A stretch of 64,000 bases of DNA from Terriglobia bacterium (GCA_963788505.1 CAWBGY010000005.1:447565-511564); one strand, 5' to 3'; positions 1-10,656 are shown, numbered from the stretch's first letter. Notes: generated by a model not told the origin, from the letters alone. Made by a program: numbers and translations.

Positions 1-1
1 A

Positions 2-1015
2 TGGTGGGCTTTCTGGTATCCGGGGGCGGAGCCGGGCGGCGGCGGCTATATCGCGCAGCGCATCTTCAGCGCGAAAGACGAAAAGAACGGTCTGCTGTCG
101 GTGCTTTGGTTCAATGTCGCGCACTACGCCTTGCGTCCCTGGCCCTGGATCCTGACCGCCCTGGCGGCGATCGTTCTGTACCCCCACCTGGAGCATCCGG
201 AAACGGGATACATGCTGGTGGTCAGCCAGCATGTGCCGCCCGCCCTGCGCGGCATCGTAATCGCGGGTTTCATGGCGGCGTTCATGTCGACCATCGCCAC
301 CCAGCTCAATTGGGGCGCGTCGTATCTGGTGTCGGATTTCTATCGCCGTTTCATCAATCGCGATGCCGACGACAAACACTACGTGCTGGTTTCGCGCCTG
401 GCCACGGTGCTGCTGGTGATCGCGTCCGCGGGAGTTTCCGTCCTGCTGGTCGATATCCGCTCGGGATGGCAAGTGGTGCTGGAAGTAGGAGCGGGCACCG
501 GCGGGGTCTACCTGCTGCGCTGGTACTGGTGGCGGATCAATGCGTGGAGTGAAATCTCAGCCATGGCGACGGCGCTGGCGGTGACGCTCTGGCTGCGCTG
601 GACGGAACCGTTTTCCGGCACCAATCCGGTGGTGTTTGCCAAGACCGCTCTGACAACTACCGTTGTCACCACTCTGGTGTGGCTCGTGGTCACCTTCGCG
701 ACGAAGGCAGAGCCGGAGGCGATCCTGCTGAAGTTTTACCGTAGCGTTCGTCCACAAATTACTGGATGGAAGCCAGTTGCCCGTCTCGCTCCCGAGGTGC
801 CGGCGACTCGCGACCTGGGCAGCAACCTGCTTTCCTGGGTGCTCGGCTGCCTGATGGTCTACCTGGCCCTGTTCGGGTTGGGACACATACTCATCGGGCC
901 GTTCTGGGAAGGGGTGGGGTTGATGACCGCAGCCGCGATCTGTGCGGGCGCGCTTTATTCCAATATCTCCCGCAGTTGGGGCGCGGAATCCTCGCCGGTT
1001 CAGGAAACCTCTTAG
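2..1015 (+). CDS. Sodium:solute symporter (SSS) family transporter, 5'-truncated by window edge
   Basis: Frame 2 is open from nt 2 (WWAFWYPGAEPGGGGYIAQRIFSAKDEKNGLLSVLWFNVAHYALRPWPW) and runs into the listed 101..1015 ORF. Multi-TM hydrophobic profile with SSS-like motifs. Stop TAG 1013-1015. Confidence 0.8.
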   Translation, partial: WWAFWYPGAEPGGGGYIAQRIFSAKDEKNGLLSVLWFNVAHYALRPWPWILTALAAIVLYPHLEHPETGYMLVVSQHVPPALRGIVIAGFMAAFMSTIATQLNWGASYLVSDFYRRFINRDADDKHYVLVSRLATVLLVIASAGVSVLLVDIRSGWQVVLEVGAGTGGVYLLRWYWWRINAWSEISAMATALAVTLWLRWTEPFSGTNPVVFAKTALTTTVVTTLVWLVVTFATKAEPEAILLKFYRSVRPQITGWKPVARLAPEVPATRDLGSNLLSWVLGCLMVYLALFGLGHILIGPFWEGVGLMTAAAICAGALYSNISRSWGAESSPVQETS

Positions 1016-1103
1016 CGACCTTTGCGGTTCAGGGTTTGTCCGGAAAGCTTGAACCGCAAAGGACGCAAAGGATTCCGCAAAGGACACAAGGGATTTCCGC
1101 AAA
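1013..1103. repeat. CGCAAAG/CTTTGCG hairpin element (family R1), copy 1, left arm short
   Basis: gcgaCCTTTGCGGTTCAgggtttgtccggaaagctTGAACCGCAAAGGacGCAAAGgattcCGCAAAGgac... starts at the stop codon of the SSS gene. It lies between convergent genes. Confidence 0.7.
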
Positions 1104-1119
1104 CTCGCCAAGAGAACAT

Positions 1120-3522
1120 TTACCGGACGTCCAGTGTGTAGTTGGTGCCTTCCCAGCGCTGTTCCTGCGGCCAATAAAACGTGAATACAATCTCACCTCC
1201 TGCCGCAAGCTGCTGGGTTGGCAGGTCCGCGACGAAGGTGCCCAAGGGGTCGCGGGTGTTCGTGTCCTGCACGCTCTGCCATCCATCAAGGCTCCAGTGC
1301 ACCACGGCGGGCGAGGACAGCAACAGGCGCAGCTTCTTTCCTTGCGGTATGGTCCGGCACTTGTTATTGAAGCGCCATTCGCAGTAGGCGGATTGCTTTC
1401 GTTCCACCTGATAGCGCTGGACGGTCTGCGGTGGCTGATCAAATATTTTGCCGTCGCGCAAGGACCGGCGCAGCTTGATGTATTCCGAGTGCGCCCATAC
1501 CAGAGGACACGCCGAACCGGACGGCTTTCCGCGAAACAATTCGAGGGCGGGAATGTCGGCCGCATCCCAGACTTGCTCGGGGATCAGGCGACCACCTTCG
1601 GTGGAGAATTCCATTACCTTGAGCAACGCCTCGGCGGCCTGGGGCCGCCCCGCCGCCAGTTCGTAATGCGCCCTTTCGCCGGCCAGCAAGGGCCACGCCC
1701 GTCCAATTCCGGTTCCATCAAAGGGCGAGCCATCATCGTGCTCGCCGTAGCCGTCGCCGTTGTAGCGGTACCAGCAAGGGCCCTGAGGCAGGTTCACCTT
1801 GAGCAGGGCATCGATCGCTTTCACCGTGTTCAGAATTCGTGGATCATCGGGCGCGCGCAAACCAAACCGCACCAGGGCAAGAGAGTCGGGGCTGATCAGG
1901 TGCTCGGCCCGTGATTCACTCTGCCCCGGCGGCCGGTTTTTGATAGGGACAAATCCCTGCAGCGGCGACGCCGCACAGTCCGAGTCCGGCGGCGCGATCC
2001 GCACATAGTAGCCTTCCACGCCGAGCTGCCGGGCCAGATCGCTATCCTGGGCGTAGGTCCAGCGTTCGATGTTGTCATTCCAGTAATCCGCGGTCTCACG
2101 CAGATGGGTCGCAATGTCCGCTTGCCCTACTGCATCGGCCAGGTCGGCGGCGGCCAGCAGTCCCGATATTTCCACGGCCAGGGTAAACGGCGAATAACCC
2201 GCGTCCTCCTCCCAGCGATCCTGCTGGGTCACCGGACCGTTGCGAAGAATGTATCCGGCAGCCCGACTGACCATCGTCCACCAGCGTTGCAGGTCTCCCA
2301 GAACAAACGGCGAGTGCCGCCGCAGCATGTCAACCAGGAGAATAGGGAATGCGGCTTCGTCCATCTGCATTCCGTCCCAGTAGGGACGCCCATCGAGCCA
2401 CATGTTCTGCGCCCAATTTCCAGGCGCCTCCTGGGTGACTTCGAGATAGCGCAGGACGCGCAACGCGTCGGGTTCGGCTCCCGCCGCCAGGAAACCAAAC
2501 GCAGTTTCCACCAGGTCCCGGGGCCAGACCAGATGGTATCCGCCGAGATCTTCGTCGCCTTTGTTAAATCCCCAGGGAATGGAAAGACTGGCGATTACGC
2601 CTCCCAGAAAATCCTTGGACTCGTGCGAGCGCAGCACCGCCACACTGGGGCGATACAGGTCAAGCTCACGGCGGGGCTCGTCCAGTTTCAAAAGGGTGTC
2701 CTGCCAATTTTTCCAGTGCCAGACGTAGTGCTGGCGCAGTTCGTCGCAGGACTCCAGCAAAGTGGAGCGCGCCTCTTGTCCGGCCTCGGACCAGATGCCG
2801 CCGAAGCCCAGCGCCATGGTGAACTCCCCGTTGCAGGCGGCCAGGTCGATCTCGCCGGTGAGTGCTATATTTCCGTTTTCCGCATGAGTGTAGTCCCAGG
2901 TCAACTGGTAATGCTGCGAAAGGTCCTGCCACCCGTCGGAGAACCCGGCGAACCCCACCGACATTTTCCGCCAGGGAACCGAGCAGGCAAAGGCCAGGGC
3001 GACCCCGTTGCGGTGGGCGAACAGGGTGGGCATGCCTTTGTAGTCTCCGATCCAGCCGGTATTCTCCCGTCCGCAATTCGCCAGATGGGGCGCCAGCAGC
3101 GCGTATAGACGATAGTCGGCAAGCGTGCCTTCGAGCGGTACGAAGCGCACCCTCTGCAGCACCACATTGCGGTAGGGATCGGAAAAGACTTCCTTCTCGA
3201 TCCGGTAGCGGCCTTGCAATTCGGTATTCGTCAGTTTGTAAACCGGAACACCGGGCTGGATGGGATGGCTTTCAAACTTGCAGTGGCGTTTTTCTTCGGA
3301 GAAATAGCCGGAACCGTCGGTGACAATCAGCCCCTGGTCCCGGGTGCAAGCCTGGTCGACTCGCGGGTAGTAAACTTCGTTCAGGATGCCGTGGCTCAGC
3401 GTGAACCATACCCGGCTGTGCAGGTTGAGCGCGGTGCCAATGCCGGTTTTGGCGCTCGAAGTCCAGCGCGGCGAAATTCCCGGCCAGCCCGGAGCGTAGC
3501 GTTCAGCTTCGTTCTCACCCAC
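1120..3522 (-). CDS. Glycoside hydrolase family 15 glucoamylase / glucodextranase-like enzyme
   Basis: Intact 800-aa ORF. N-terminal YAPGWPGISPRWTSSAKTGIGTA...LNEVYYPRVD and catalytic-domain motifs (GGYHLVWPRDL, QDRWEE) typical of bacterial GH15. GTG start with GAGGA upstream. Confidence 0.85.
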   Translation of the reverse strand: MGENEAERYAPGWPGISPRWTSSAKTGIGTALNLHSRVWFTLSHGILNEVYYPRVDQACTRDQGLIVTDGSGYFSEEKRHCKFESHPIQPGVPVYKLTNTELQGRYRIEKEVFSDPYRNVVLQRVRFVPLEGTLADYRLYALLAPHLANCGRENTGWIGDYKGMPTLFAHRNGVALAFACSVPWRKMSVGFAGFSDGWQDLSQHYQLTWDYTHAENGNIALTGEIDLAACNGEFTMALGFGGIWSEAGQEARSTLLESCDELRQHYVWHWKNWQDTLLKLDEPRRELDLYRPSVAVLRSHESKDFLGGVIASLSIPWGFNKGDEDLGGYHLVWPRDLVETAFGFLAAGAEPDALRVLRYLEVTQEAPGNWAQNMWLDGRPYWDGMQMDEAAFPILLVDMLRRHSPFVLGDLQRWWTMVSRAAGYILRNGPVTQQDRWEEDAGYSPFTLAVEISGLLAAADLADAVGQADIATHLRETADYWNDNIERWTYAQDSDLARQLGVEGYYVRIAPPDSDCAASPLQGFVPIKNRPPGQSESRAEHLISPDSLALVRFGLRAPDDPRILNTVKAIDALLKVNLPQGPCWYRYNGDGYGEHDDGSPFDGTGIGRAWPLLAGERAHYELAAGRPQAAEALLKVMEFSTEGGRLIPEQVWDAADIPALELFRGKPSGSACPLVWAHSEYIKLRRSLRDGKIFDQPPQTVQRYQVERKQSAYCEWRFNNKCRTIPQGKKLRLLLSSPAVVHWSLDGWQSVQDTNTRDPLGTFVADLPTQQLAAGGEIVFTFYWPQEQRWEGTNYTLDVR

Positions 3523-3585
3523 TCGTCCGTCCTCGCAATCGCATCTCCGTGGAGAATTCTACCAAGTCCGAGGGGTGTGGGACGG

Positions 3586-3930
3586 ATGAGGGTCATGGAC
3601 AAAGACGTGTCGGGGAAGGACCGGGCAGAGATACAGGAAACCATGCTAGGCCCCAAAGGTGCCGATACCGGCCGATTTCCTGAGATACGCTTCCGCTCAA
3701 CTACGCTGGAAGGCAGCGGCGAGGTCCGCTGGACGGTAAGTGAAGATCTGACGCCACACCGGCAGACACATCCGGTGACCTTGGAGATCCAGGTTCAGAA
3801 TGGACACCAAGAAGGCGCGGCACAGCTGAAACAAAGGGACTTCGGAACCGAACCTGTCAGCCTTGGGGGTGGTGCCGTGAAGATGAAAAATGAGCTGCGC
3901 GTGGAGTTTGACATCGTGGCCAAACCGTAG
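3586..3930 (+). CDS. YceI-like domain protein, short form (N-terminal third of the fold missing)
   Basis: ATG at 3586. The 114 aa contain FPEIRFRST...LTPHRQTHPVTLEI...LKQRDFGTEPVSLGGGAVKMKNELRVEFDIV, matching the C-terminal two thirds of YceI lipid/polyisoprenoid-binding proteins. Only 63 nt separate it from the divergent glucoamylase start. Confidence 0.55.
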   Translation: MRVMDKDVSGKDRAEIQETMLGPKGADTGRFPEIRFRSTTLEGSGEVRWTVSEDLTPHRQTHPVTLEIQVQNGHQEGAAQLKQRDFGTEPVSLGGGAVKMKNELRVEFDIVAKP

Positions 3931-4107
3931 CCCTTGCTCGCCCATCCGCCGCGGATGCACCGGCCGCGACAACTTGGCCTCAGGTAACCCCGGCGCGGAA
4001 TCCTGCGTCCAACCCCATAGGGGTAAATCCGAGGAAATTGGTGTTCCGGCCGGGCGTATAATTGGGCCTAGTTCTGCGGGGCGGAACCGAAGATTAGGGA
4101 GTCCATT

Positions 4108-5226
4108 ATGAAGTTACGGCTCTTAGCGATTACGGCGGTTTTGTTGACGCTCGCCTATGCGGCGCCGAGAGGTTTGGCCGAAGACCAGAGCAGTGCCGCT
4201 CCGAAGGACCAAAGTGCCTCCGATGGCGCCGCCAAGAGCACTGTGCCCGAAAAGATAGAGGCTGCCGACCCTGAGAAGGTCAAACATGACGGGGGCAAGG
4301 ATGACGTCGATGCCGTGGGCAATCGGAATGTGGGTTGCAAAACCGGCATGGGCAACTGGTATGGCGTCGAGAAACAGATCGCCATGGGCAAGCAATATGC
4401 TCAGCAGGTGGAATCGAGCGTCAAGCTGATTCAGGACCCGGTGGTCACGGAATATGTGAACCGGGTAGGGCAGAATCTGGTGCGCAACTCCGATGCCCAG
4501 GTCCCGTTTACGATCAAGGTCATCGACTCTGACGACATCAACGCGTTCGCGTTGCCCGGCGGTTTTTTCTATGTGAATTCCGGATTGATCCTGGCGGCGG
4601 ATGAAGAAGCGGAGCTGGCCGGGGTAATGGCGCACGAAATCGCGCACGTCGCAGCCTGCCATGCGGCCCGCGAAAATACTCGCGGCAATCTGATGCAAAT
4701 GGCTTCGATCCCGCTGATTTTCGTGGGTGGAGCGATCGGCTACGCCGGCTACGAGGCAGCGGGGCTGGCGCTTCCCCTGACCTTCCTGCACTTCTCGCGA
4801 GGCTTCGAAGCCGAGGCGGACTACCTGGGACTGCAGTATATGTACAAGTCAGGGTACGATCCGCAGGCCTTCATCAGTTTCTTTGAAAAGGTGCAAGCGC
4901 AGGAGAAGAAGAAGCCGGGGAGCCTGGCCAAGGCATTTTCGACCCATCCCCAGACGCCCGACCGGATTGCCAAGTCCCAGGAAGAGATCGCGACCATCCT
5001 GCCGGCGCGCGCCCAGTATGTGGTTTCGACCTCCGAGTTTGACGACGTGAAAGCCCGGCTGGCGGCAATCGAGAATCGTCACAAGATCCTGGACAAGAAG
5101 GAAGACAGGAACCGGCCGAGCCTGCGGCGAACCTCGACGACCGACAGGAACGGCAGTGACGACAAGGGCGGCAGCGACGATGGCCGGCCCACGCTGAAGC
5201 GGCGGGACGACAGCAGCAGCAACTGA
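4108..5226 (+). CDS. Secreted M48-family zinc metalloprotease (BepA/Ste24-like)
   Basis: Signal peptide MKLRLLAITAVLLTLAYA. HExxH motif MAHEIAHVAA and downstream EAEADYLG. Low-complexity basic/acidic C-terminal tail. GGGAG RBS upstream. Confidence 0.85.
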   Translation: MKLRLLAITAVLLTLAYAAPRGLAEDQSSAAPKDQSASDGAAKSTVPEKIEAADPEKVKHDGGKDDVDAVGNRNVGCKTGMGNWYGVEKQIAMGKQYAQQVESSVKLIQDPVVTEYVNRVGQNLVRNSDAQVPFTIKVIDSDDINAFALPGGFFYVNSGLILAADEEAELAGVMAHEIAHVAACHAARENTRGNLMQMASIPLIFVGGAIGYAGYEAAGLALPLTFLHFSRGFEAEADYLGLQYMYKSGYDPQAFISFFEKVQAQEKKKPGSLAKAFSTHPQTPDRIAKSQEEIATILPARAQYVVSTSEFDDVKARLAAIENRHKILDKKEDRNRPSLRRTSTTDRNGSDDKGGSDDGRPTLKRRDDSSSN

Positions 5227-5250
5227 GCTTGGAGGAACCCGGTTTTCCGT

Positions 5251-5276
5251 CCGGCGGCTCCGGCCGCCGGTTTTTA
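5251..5276 (+). terminator. Rho-independent terminator after the M48 protease gene
   Basis: CCGGCGGC-tccg-GCCGCCGG followed by TTTTT. Confidence 0.6.
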
Positions 5277-5298
5277 TTTGGCCCACGCTTCCGCAAGC

Positions 5299-5328
5299 AA
5301 ACAAAAAAGCCGCGAGGAACTCGCGGCT
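5299..5328 (-). terminator. Rho-independent terminator after the small Cys/His protein gene
   Basis: On the minus strand: GCCGCGAgttccTCGCGGC followed by TTTTTTGTTTG. Confidence 0.6.
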
Positions 5329-5351
5329 TCATCACGGAATCATGCGCGGCT

Positions 5352-5588
5352 TTACGCGGCTGCTTTCGGGGCCAGCGAGGCCACGTAGCTGCGCTGCTCG
5401 GCCACCGAGGTGATGACTTTCATCTCCTGCCAGTCATAGGGAAATTCCTTGCCGCAATCCAGACATGCCACATAGGTGCCCGTCAGCTTTGCCGCCGGAA
5501 TGCGCCGCGAGACGGGGCGAACCGAGATAGGAAAACTATAATGAGAATGTTTGCAACCGAAGAAAGAATCGAACAATTCCGCGATCAT
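5352..5588 (-). CDS. Small conserved-looking Cys/His protein (zinc-ribbon-like), function unknown
   Basis: 78-aa ORF with GCKHSH...CLDCGKEF. Has its own terminator. Lies downstream of the sigma/anti-sigma pair on the same strand. Confidence 0.5.
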   Translation of the reverse strand: MIAELFDSFFGCKHSHYSFPISVRPVSRRIPAAKLTGTYVACLDCGKEFPYDWQEMKVITSVAEQRSYVASLAPKAAA

Positions 5589-5640
5589 ACTCTCCCTCCC
5601 ACCGACCCTGCTTTGGGCCGGTCAACCGATTCACGAATAC

Positions 5641-5669
5641 TTAGATTCAATCTGCTTCAAAAAGGTTTC
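5641..5669 (-). promoter_or_regulatory. Candidate ECF (sigmaE-type) promoter for the small Cys/His protein gene
   Basis: Minus strand reads GAAACC-N18-TCTAA about 45 nt upstream of ATG 5588. It resembles the GGAACTT-N16-TCTGA class with a spacer about 1 nt longer. Confidence 0.25.
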
Positions 5670-5820
5670 GACCGGGATGCCAGGCAGGCCGGTACGCGGG
5701 ATGGGAGAAGCTGGAAGTGCCTCGCGGATCAGGGAGTTACGTCTTGATCGCGATCCAGCCGACCGGGGTCAACCCGCCACCATAGAAACAAGTTGGGAAT
5801 CAATTGAATGGCCGGCCCGC

Positions 5821-6078
5821 TCAGGCTTCCTGCGGGCCAGTTTTCTTGTGGGCCTCACACTTGGCCACAATGGCGGAGCGAAGACGGTTGCGGAGATCGT
5901 CGGGGAGTTCGTAGAGCTGGGAGTCGCGGTAAATCTCGATGGTCTTCTTGGTGGTATCGCAGACCACGTAGCAGTTGTGGCACCAAGCCAGATGATCTTC
6001 CAGTTCGGCCTTGGTGCGGTCGTCGAGGACCCCGTCCAGGTAGTTTGTCAATTCCTGCAAAAATTCAGCGCACTTCAC
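5821..6078 (-). CDS. Zinc-binding anti-sigma factor (ZAS family)
   Basis: 85 aa with HLAWCHNC (HxxxCxxC) motif. ATGA overlap with the upstream sigma factor gene. Confidence 0.75.
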   Translation of the reverse strand: MKCAEFLQELTNYLDGVLDDRTKAELEDHLAWCHNCYVVCDTTKKTIEIYRDSQLYELPDDLRNRLRSAIVAKCEAHKKTGPQEA

Positions 6079-6704
6079 TGTTTGCCATCTCCGCTCTCAC
6101 GTTTCTGGAAGTAACGGCTGAGCCGTTCCCGCAACTGCAACCGCGCCCGCAGGAGCCGCGATTTGACCGCCGGAATGCTGAGCTCCAACGCGTCAGCTGT
6201 TTCCTCGGTCGAAAGCCCTTCCACATCTCGCAGCACAAAAACTGTGCGAAAACTGGGAGGAAGTCCCTGAATGGTCTTGCTCAGGATTTCCTTCAGTTCC
6301 GCCTGGTTGTACTGCTGTTCCGGGTTCGGACTCCAGTCCGCGACTTCGCGCGGAACCGAATCCTCCTCGGTCTTTACATCTTCGTCCAGCGATACCATGC
6401 GCTCGGGCCGACGGCGCCGCAACTTCATCAGCGCTTCGTTGACCGCGATGCGCACCAGCCAGGTATAAAACTTCGACTGGCCCTGGAACTGATTCAGATT
6501 GGTGTAGGCCTTGAGGAACGCATCCTGCACCACATCTTCCGCGTCTTCGCGGTTTTGCGTGATGTGCTGGGCGATGCGAAATACATTCCGGTCGTAACGC
6601 CGGACCAATTCCTCAAACGAGCTTACATCGCCGCCCTTGGCGGCCTGAACCAGCGCCAGCTCATCGCTGACCGGCTCACTTACATTTGGTTGGATGGCTG
6701 TCAT
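6075..6704 (-). CDS. ECF-type RNA polymerase sigma-70 family factor
   Basis: 209 aa. Region 2 (FEELVRRYDRNVFRIAQHITQNREDAEDVVQDAFLKAY) and region 4 (VFVLRDVEGLSTEETADALELSIPAVKSRLLRAR) signatures. Confidence 0.9.
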   Translation of the reverse strand: MTAIQPNVSEPVSDELALVQAAKGGDVSSFEELVRRYDRNVFRIAQHITQNREDAEDVVQDAFLKAYTNLNQFQGQSKFYTWLVRIAVNEALMKLRRRRPERMVSLDEDVKTEEDSVPREVADWSPNPEQQYNQAELKEILSKTIQGLPPSFRTVFVLRDVEGLSTEETADALELSIPAVKSRLLRARLQLRERLSRYFQKRESGDGKQ

Positions 6705-6917
6705 CTATCCTTCCGATGCAACAATTTTCACGCCCTGCGAGCGGCGACAAAAATGTTATTTTACTTGGTAACCTGACCTTCGGCTTATTTGTTTTGACGT
6801 ATCTATCACGGGGCGGTTTGCGATAAATTCCAAGGAGCGGCCATTCCGCATTAGAACACGTCCTTAGGTGACCGGAAAACACCGGTCAAGTGACCCTATA
6901 ATCAAGGTTTAACCGAG

Positions 6918-8124
6918 ATGAAGGGCAAGAAAGCCGGATCCAGCGGGCGAACTGCTGACCTGACCATGGCGGAGAGAACCGGAGTCGAACAAATCGTCGA
7001 GAAAGTGGTGTCCCAGGTTCTGGACAACCACGTCCCGCAGTTGCGGGAGGAGTTGGTGCGCCGGGTGCTGGAGGAACTTCCGCCCGCGACGGATGCGGCG
7101 CCCGCGGAAGTGTCGGGAACAGGTGGATCGGCGAATCTGCTGAAAGCGATTGCGACCATCCAGTCGGGCACGACGCAGCGCGAGATTTTGCGCGCTCTGC
7201 TGGACAACACGGTGCGCTACAGCGGGCGCGGAGCGCTCTTCGTGGTCAAAGCGGGCGCGGCCACGGGTTGGCAGGGACGCGGCTTTACCAAGGACGGCGA
7301 CGACACGATTAAGGATTTTGCCCTCAACGTGACGACGGGTGTGCCGGAGCAGGCCCTGCGGTCGCGGATGCCATTCCAGGGCGCTACGGCTGATATCGAT
7401 CCGGAGTTTATTGCGCGATTCGGCGCTCCGGCCGATGATCAGGTGCTAGTGCTCCCCCTGTTGCTGAAGGAAAAGGTGGCGGCGCTGGTGTATGCCGACG
7501 CAGGCGTGGATGGAGGCGGAAAGATGGACGCCGCCGCGGTGGAGTTGCTGGTGCTTGCGACCAGCGCGTGGCTGGAAGTAGCGTCGCTGCGCAAGCAGGC
7601 GCAGAAAGAAGAATCCGCCGAGGCGGCGGGTCGAGAAAACGGACAGCGCACCGCCGGCGCATGCCGCGTCCGCCCATTCGGATCCTTTTGCGGCGCATGC
7701 GCCCAAGCACATTGAAACCGTTCCCGAGCCGGTTCCGGCCCCGCCGGCTGAAGTGGAGCAGCCAGTCGCAGTGGCCCAGGCCGAGCCGGTGGTTACATCG
7801 GCGGCGGCGGCACCCGCTCCCGCGACCGATGCCTTTGCCAACCTCTCGCCCGAGGACGCTGACGTTCATCGCAAGGCGCACCGCTTTGCCCGCCTGCTGG
7901 TGGATGAGATCAAGCTGTACAACCAGGTGAAAGTCACCGAGGGACGCAAGAGCAAGGATTTGTACGACCGGCTCAAGGAAGACATCGAGAAGAGCCGGGC
8001 AACTTACCAGAAACGATACGGCAACACGGCGGCCGGCGGAGCCGATTACTTCAGCCAGGAGCTGGTTCGCAGCCTGGCCGAAGACGACACTTCCATCATG
8101 GGCGCCAATTTTCGGCGAAATTAA
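6918..8124 (+). CDS. Hypothetical protein with GAF-like middle region and conserved basic/helical C-terminus; frame broken once
   Basis: ORF 6918..7715 (frame 0) and ORF 7753..8124 (frame 1; open from 7582) join naturally (..QKEESAEAAG / VEKTDSAPPAHAAS..PVPAPPAEVEQP..) if one base is removed near 7624-7640. Confidence 0.6.
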
Positions 8125-8129
8125 TCAGA

Positions 8130-10656
8130 GTGGTTCTTCATCGTTGGCTATCGGTCTTGATTGGAATTTCTTTGATCGCGGCCGTCTTGTGCGCCGATCC
8201 GCCTCTCTTCGCTTTGCCTGCCGCGGCACAATCCTCGGCCCCGAAAACCCAGCATCCGCGGAAAAGGAAGCGCAAGGCCGCGGTTCGGCACCGCAGCCAT
8301 CCATCGCCCCGCTCGCGCCGCATGCACGCGGCCTTCGTCGCCTCCACGAGTCTGAAGCCAATGGCGCGGCAACTGCTGCAGGACCGCACGCCCGCCGCTT
8401 ACGCGGGAGTAGAGGCCTACGCGCGGCGTCACACCCAGGAAGATGCGGGCGCGCTGGCCTGGCTGGTGCTGGGATATGCGCACGTTCTCGATAAGGACTA
8501 CGCCAAAGCCGTCGATCCACTCAATCGCGCCAAACCCCTGGCTGGAGATCTGGGCGATTACGTCAGCTTTTATCTGGGCACTGCCTATCTCCAAAGCGGG
8601 AGGACGGCGGAAGCTGTCAGCACTTTGAGCGCATTCGAGAAGCAATATCCGGACTCGTTGCTGCTGCGCGATGCGCGGGTTTTGTATGGCAACGCGCTGC
8701 TGGCAGACAACCGGTCGAAGGAGGCGATTGCCGTACTGGAGCAGGATCGGCAGCCACCGCAAGCCGATCTGGAGTTGGCCCTGGGACAAGCCTACGCCGC
8801 CAGCGGGCAGCCGGTTAAGGCGGCTGAGATCCTGCGCAACTTGTACATCACCATGCCGTTGAGTCCGGAGGCCGGCCAGGCTGATATCGAACTGAAAAAG
8901 TTGGCGTCGACCACCCAGTTGCCTCCCCTGGGGTTGGAGGGACACAGAACGCGCGCCGATCTCCTGGCCAAGGGCAGGCGATTCAGCGACGCCGCGGACG
9001 AGTATCGGGACCTGCTCAGCGTGGTAAGTCCGAACGATCGTCCAGAACTCCAACTGGCGCTGGCCGTGGCGTTGCGCCGCTCCGGCCAGGACAAGGAAGC
9101 CAAGAAGGTCCTGGAAACACTGGACAGCTCGAACCCTGAAATCAACACGCAGCGACTTTACAACCTGGGTGAGGTAGCTCGCGACGACGGCGACGAGCCC
9201 GGCTTCTTGCAATACCTGGCAGAACTGCGTCAGGCCGCTCCCACCAGCTTTTGGCTGCAACAGGCGTTGCTGTCGGCGGGCAACTACTACCTGCTCAAAC
9301 CCGACTACGACAAGGCGATCGATGCTTATCGCGAGCTGCAGTCAGCGTTTTCCAAATGCCGGCCGGGCCTCTTACGCGCATTGGAAAGTGGCCTGGCTGA
9401 GCCTGCGCCAGGGCAGGACGGCCGAAGCCAAGACTGGATTCGAGCAGCAGATCGGCCTGTACCCCACGTCGGCAGAGGTCCCCGCGGCCCTCTACTGGCG
9501 GGCACGCCTGGCCGAGGAAGACAAAGATCCCGGCATGGCGCGCGCGTACTATCAGAAGCTTTCAGAGCGCTTCCGCAATTTCTACTATGGCGAACTGGCG
9601 CGGCGCCGTCTGCGAGAAATCAAGGCGGACGGCGATCCCCCTCACTACGCTCTGCTGGATCGGGTTCCCGCCATGAGTGACGGGACCAGTGTGACGATCA
9701 CTGATCCGCCAACCGACAACTTGCGTTATCAGAAGGCCCAGGTGCTGGAGAACGGCGCTCTGGTGGACTTTGCGGTGCGCGAATTGCAAGCCGCCGGTAC
9801 CGAAGATAAGGGCAACTGGGTGGCGGCCGAGACCGCAAAACTCTACGAGGACGCGGGACGCTATGACGGAGCCATCCGGGTATTCAAACGCGCCGTGCCC
9901 AACTATTTTGCCGTGGATTTGCCCACCCTGCCGCGCCCCTACTGGGAGGCCCTGTTTCCCAAGCCATACTGGCCCGACCTGAAGAAGTTCTCCTCGCAGA
10001 ATGCCCTCGATCCCTATCTGGTGGCGTCCCTGATACGGCAGGAGTCGGAGTTCAATCCCGAGTGCTGTATCGCGGGCCAATGCACTGGGGCTGATGCAAC
10101 TGCTGCCCAAGGTGGGCAGCGCGGTCGCGAAGCAGGAGAAGCTCAGGCATTTTTCCTCCGGCGCAATTGTTTACTCCTGAAGTGAACCTGCAGCTGGGCA
10201 CCCGCTATTTCCGCGAGATGGTGGACAAGTTTGGCACCTTCGAATACGCGCTGGCGGCCTACAACGCCGGTACGAACCGTGTGGACTGACTGGCTGGGAC
10301 AGGGGAAATATCGCGATCCGCAGGAATTTGTGGAGTCCATCCCGTTTACCGAGACCCGGGAATATGTGCAGGCCATTCTACGGAATGCCAACGTGTACCG
10401 GCAGTTGTACGGGACGCCCGATAGGTCGCCGCGCGCGAATCCACCTGTGTCGTTTTACTGTACTAGTGGCACAGGAGATGCAGTGAAGCAAGGTCCCTCT
10501 CATTGGATTGCAATGCCGGAGCGCTTGCGGCTGTTACGTCTTTTTACAATCTTTTCTTGTTCCTCACAGCAGGCGAGGACTAAGATGTCGGTCTGCGCGA
10601 GTAGATTAACTTTCTACTCCAGCCAAAGTCCAAATACGAAGGAGACAGTCTCATGA
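8130..10656 (+). CDS. Soluble lytic murein transglycosylase (Slt70-like, TPR/superhelical N-domain + GH23 domain); frame broken four times, 3' end uncertain
   Basis: Signal peptide, then long helical repeat region, then LIRQESEFNPE|AVSRANALGLMQLLPKVGSAV...|AQLFTPEVNLQLGTRYFREMVDKFGTFEYALAAYNAGTNRVD|DWLGQGKYRD. The catalytic ES motif and GLMQL/AYNAG motifs are present. Single extra bases near 9348-9351, 10062-10064, 10158-10162 and 10287. Confidence 0.75.

Noticed and set aside
1-552. Frame-1 ORF 1..552 (183 aa) at the window start.
   Set aside because: Its translation is Arg/Gly/Ala-rich nonsense. The overlapping frame 2 encodes a clear SSS transporter that is open from nt 2.
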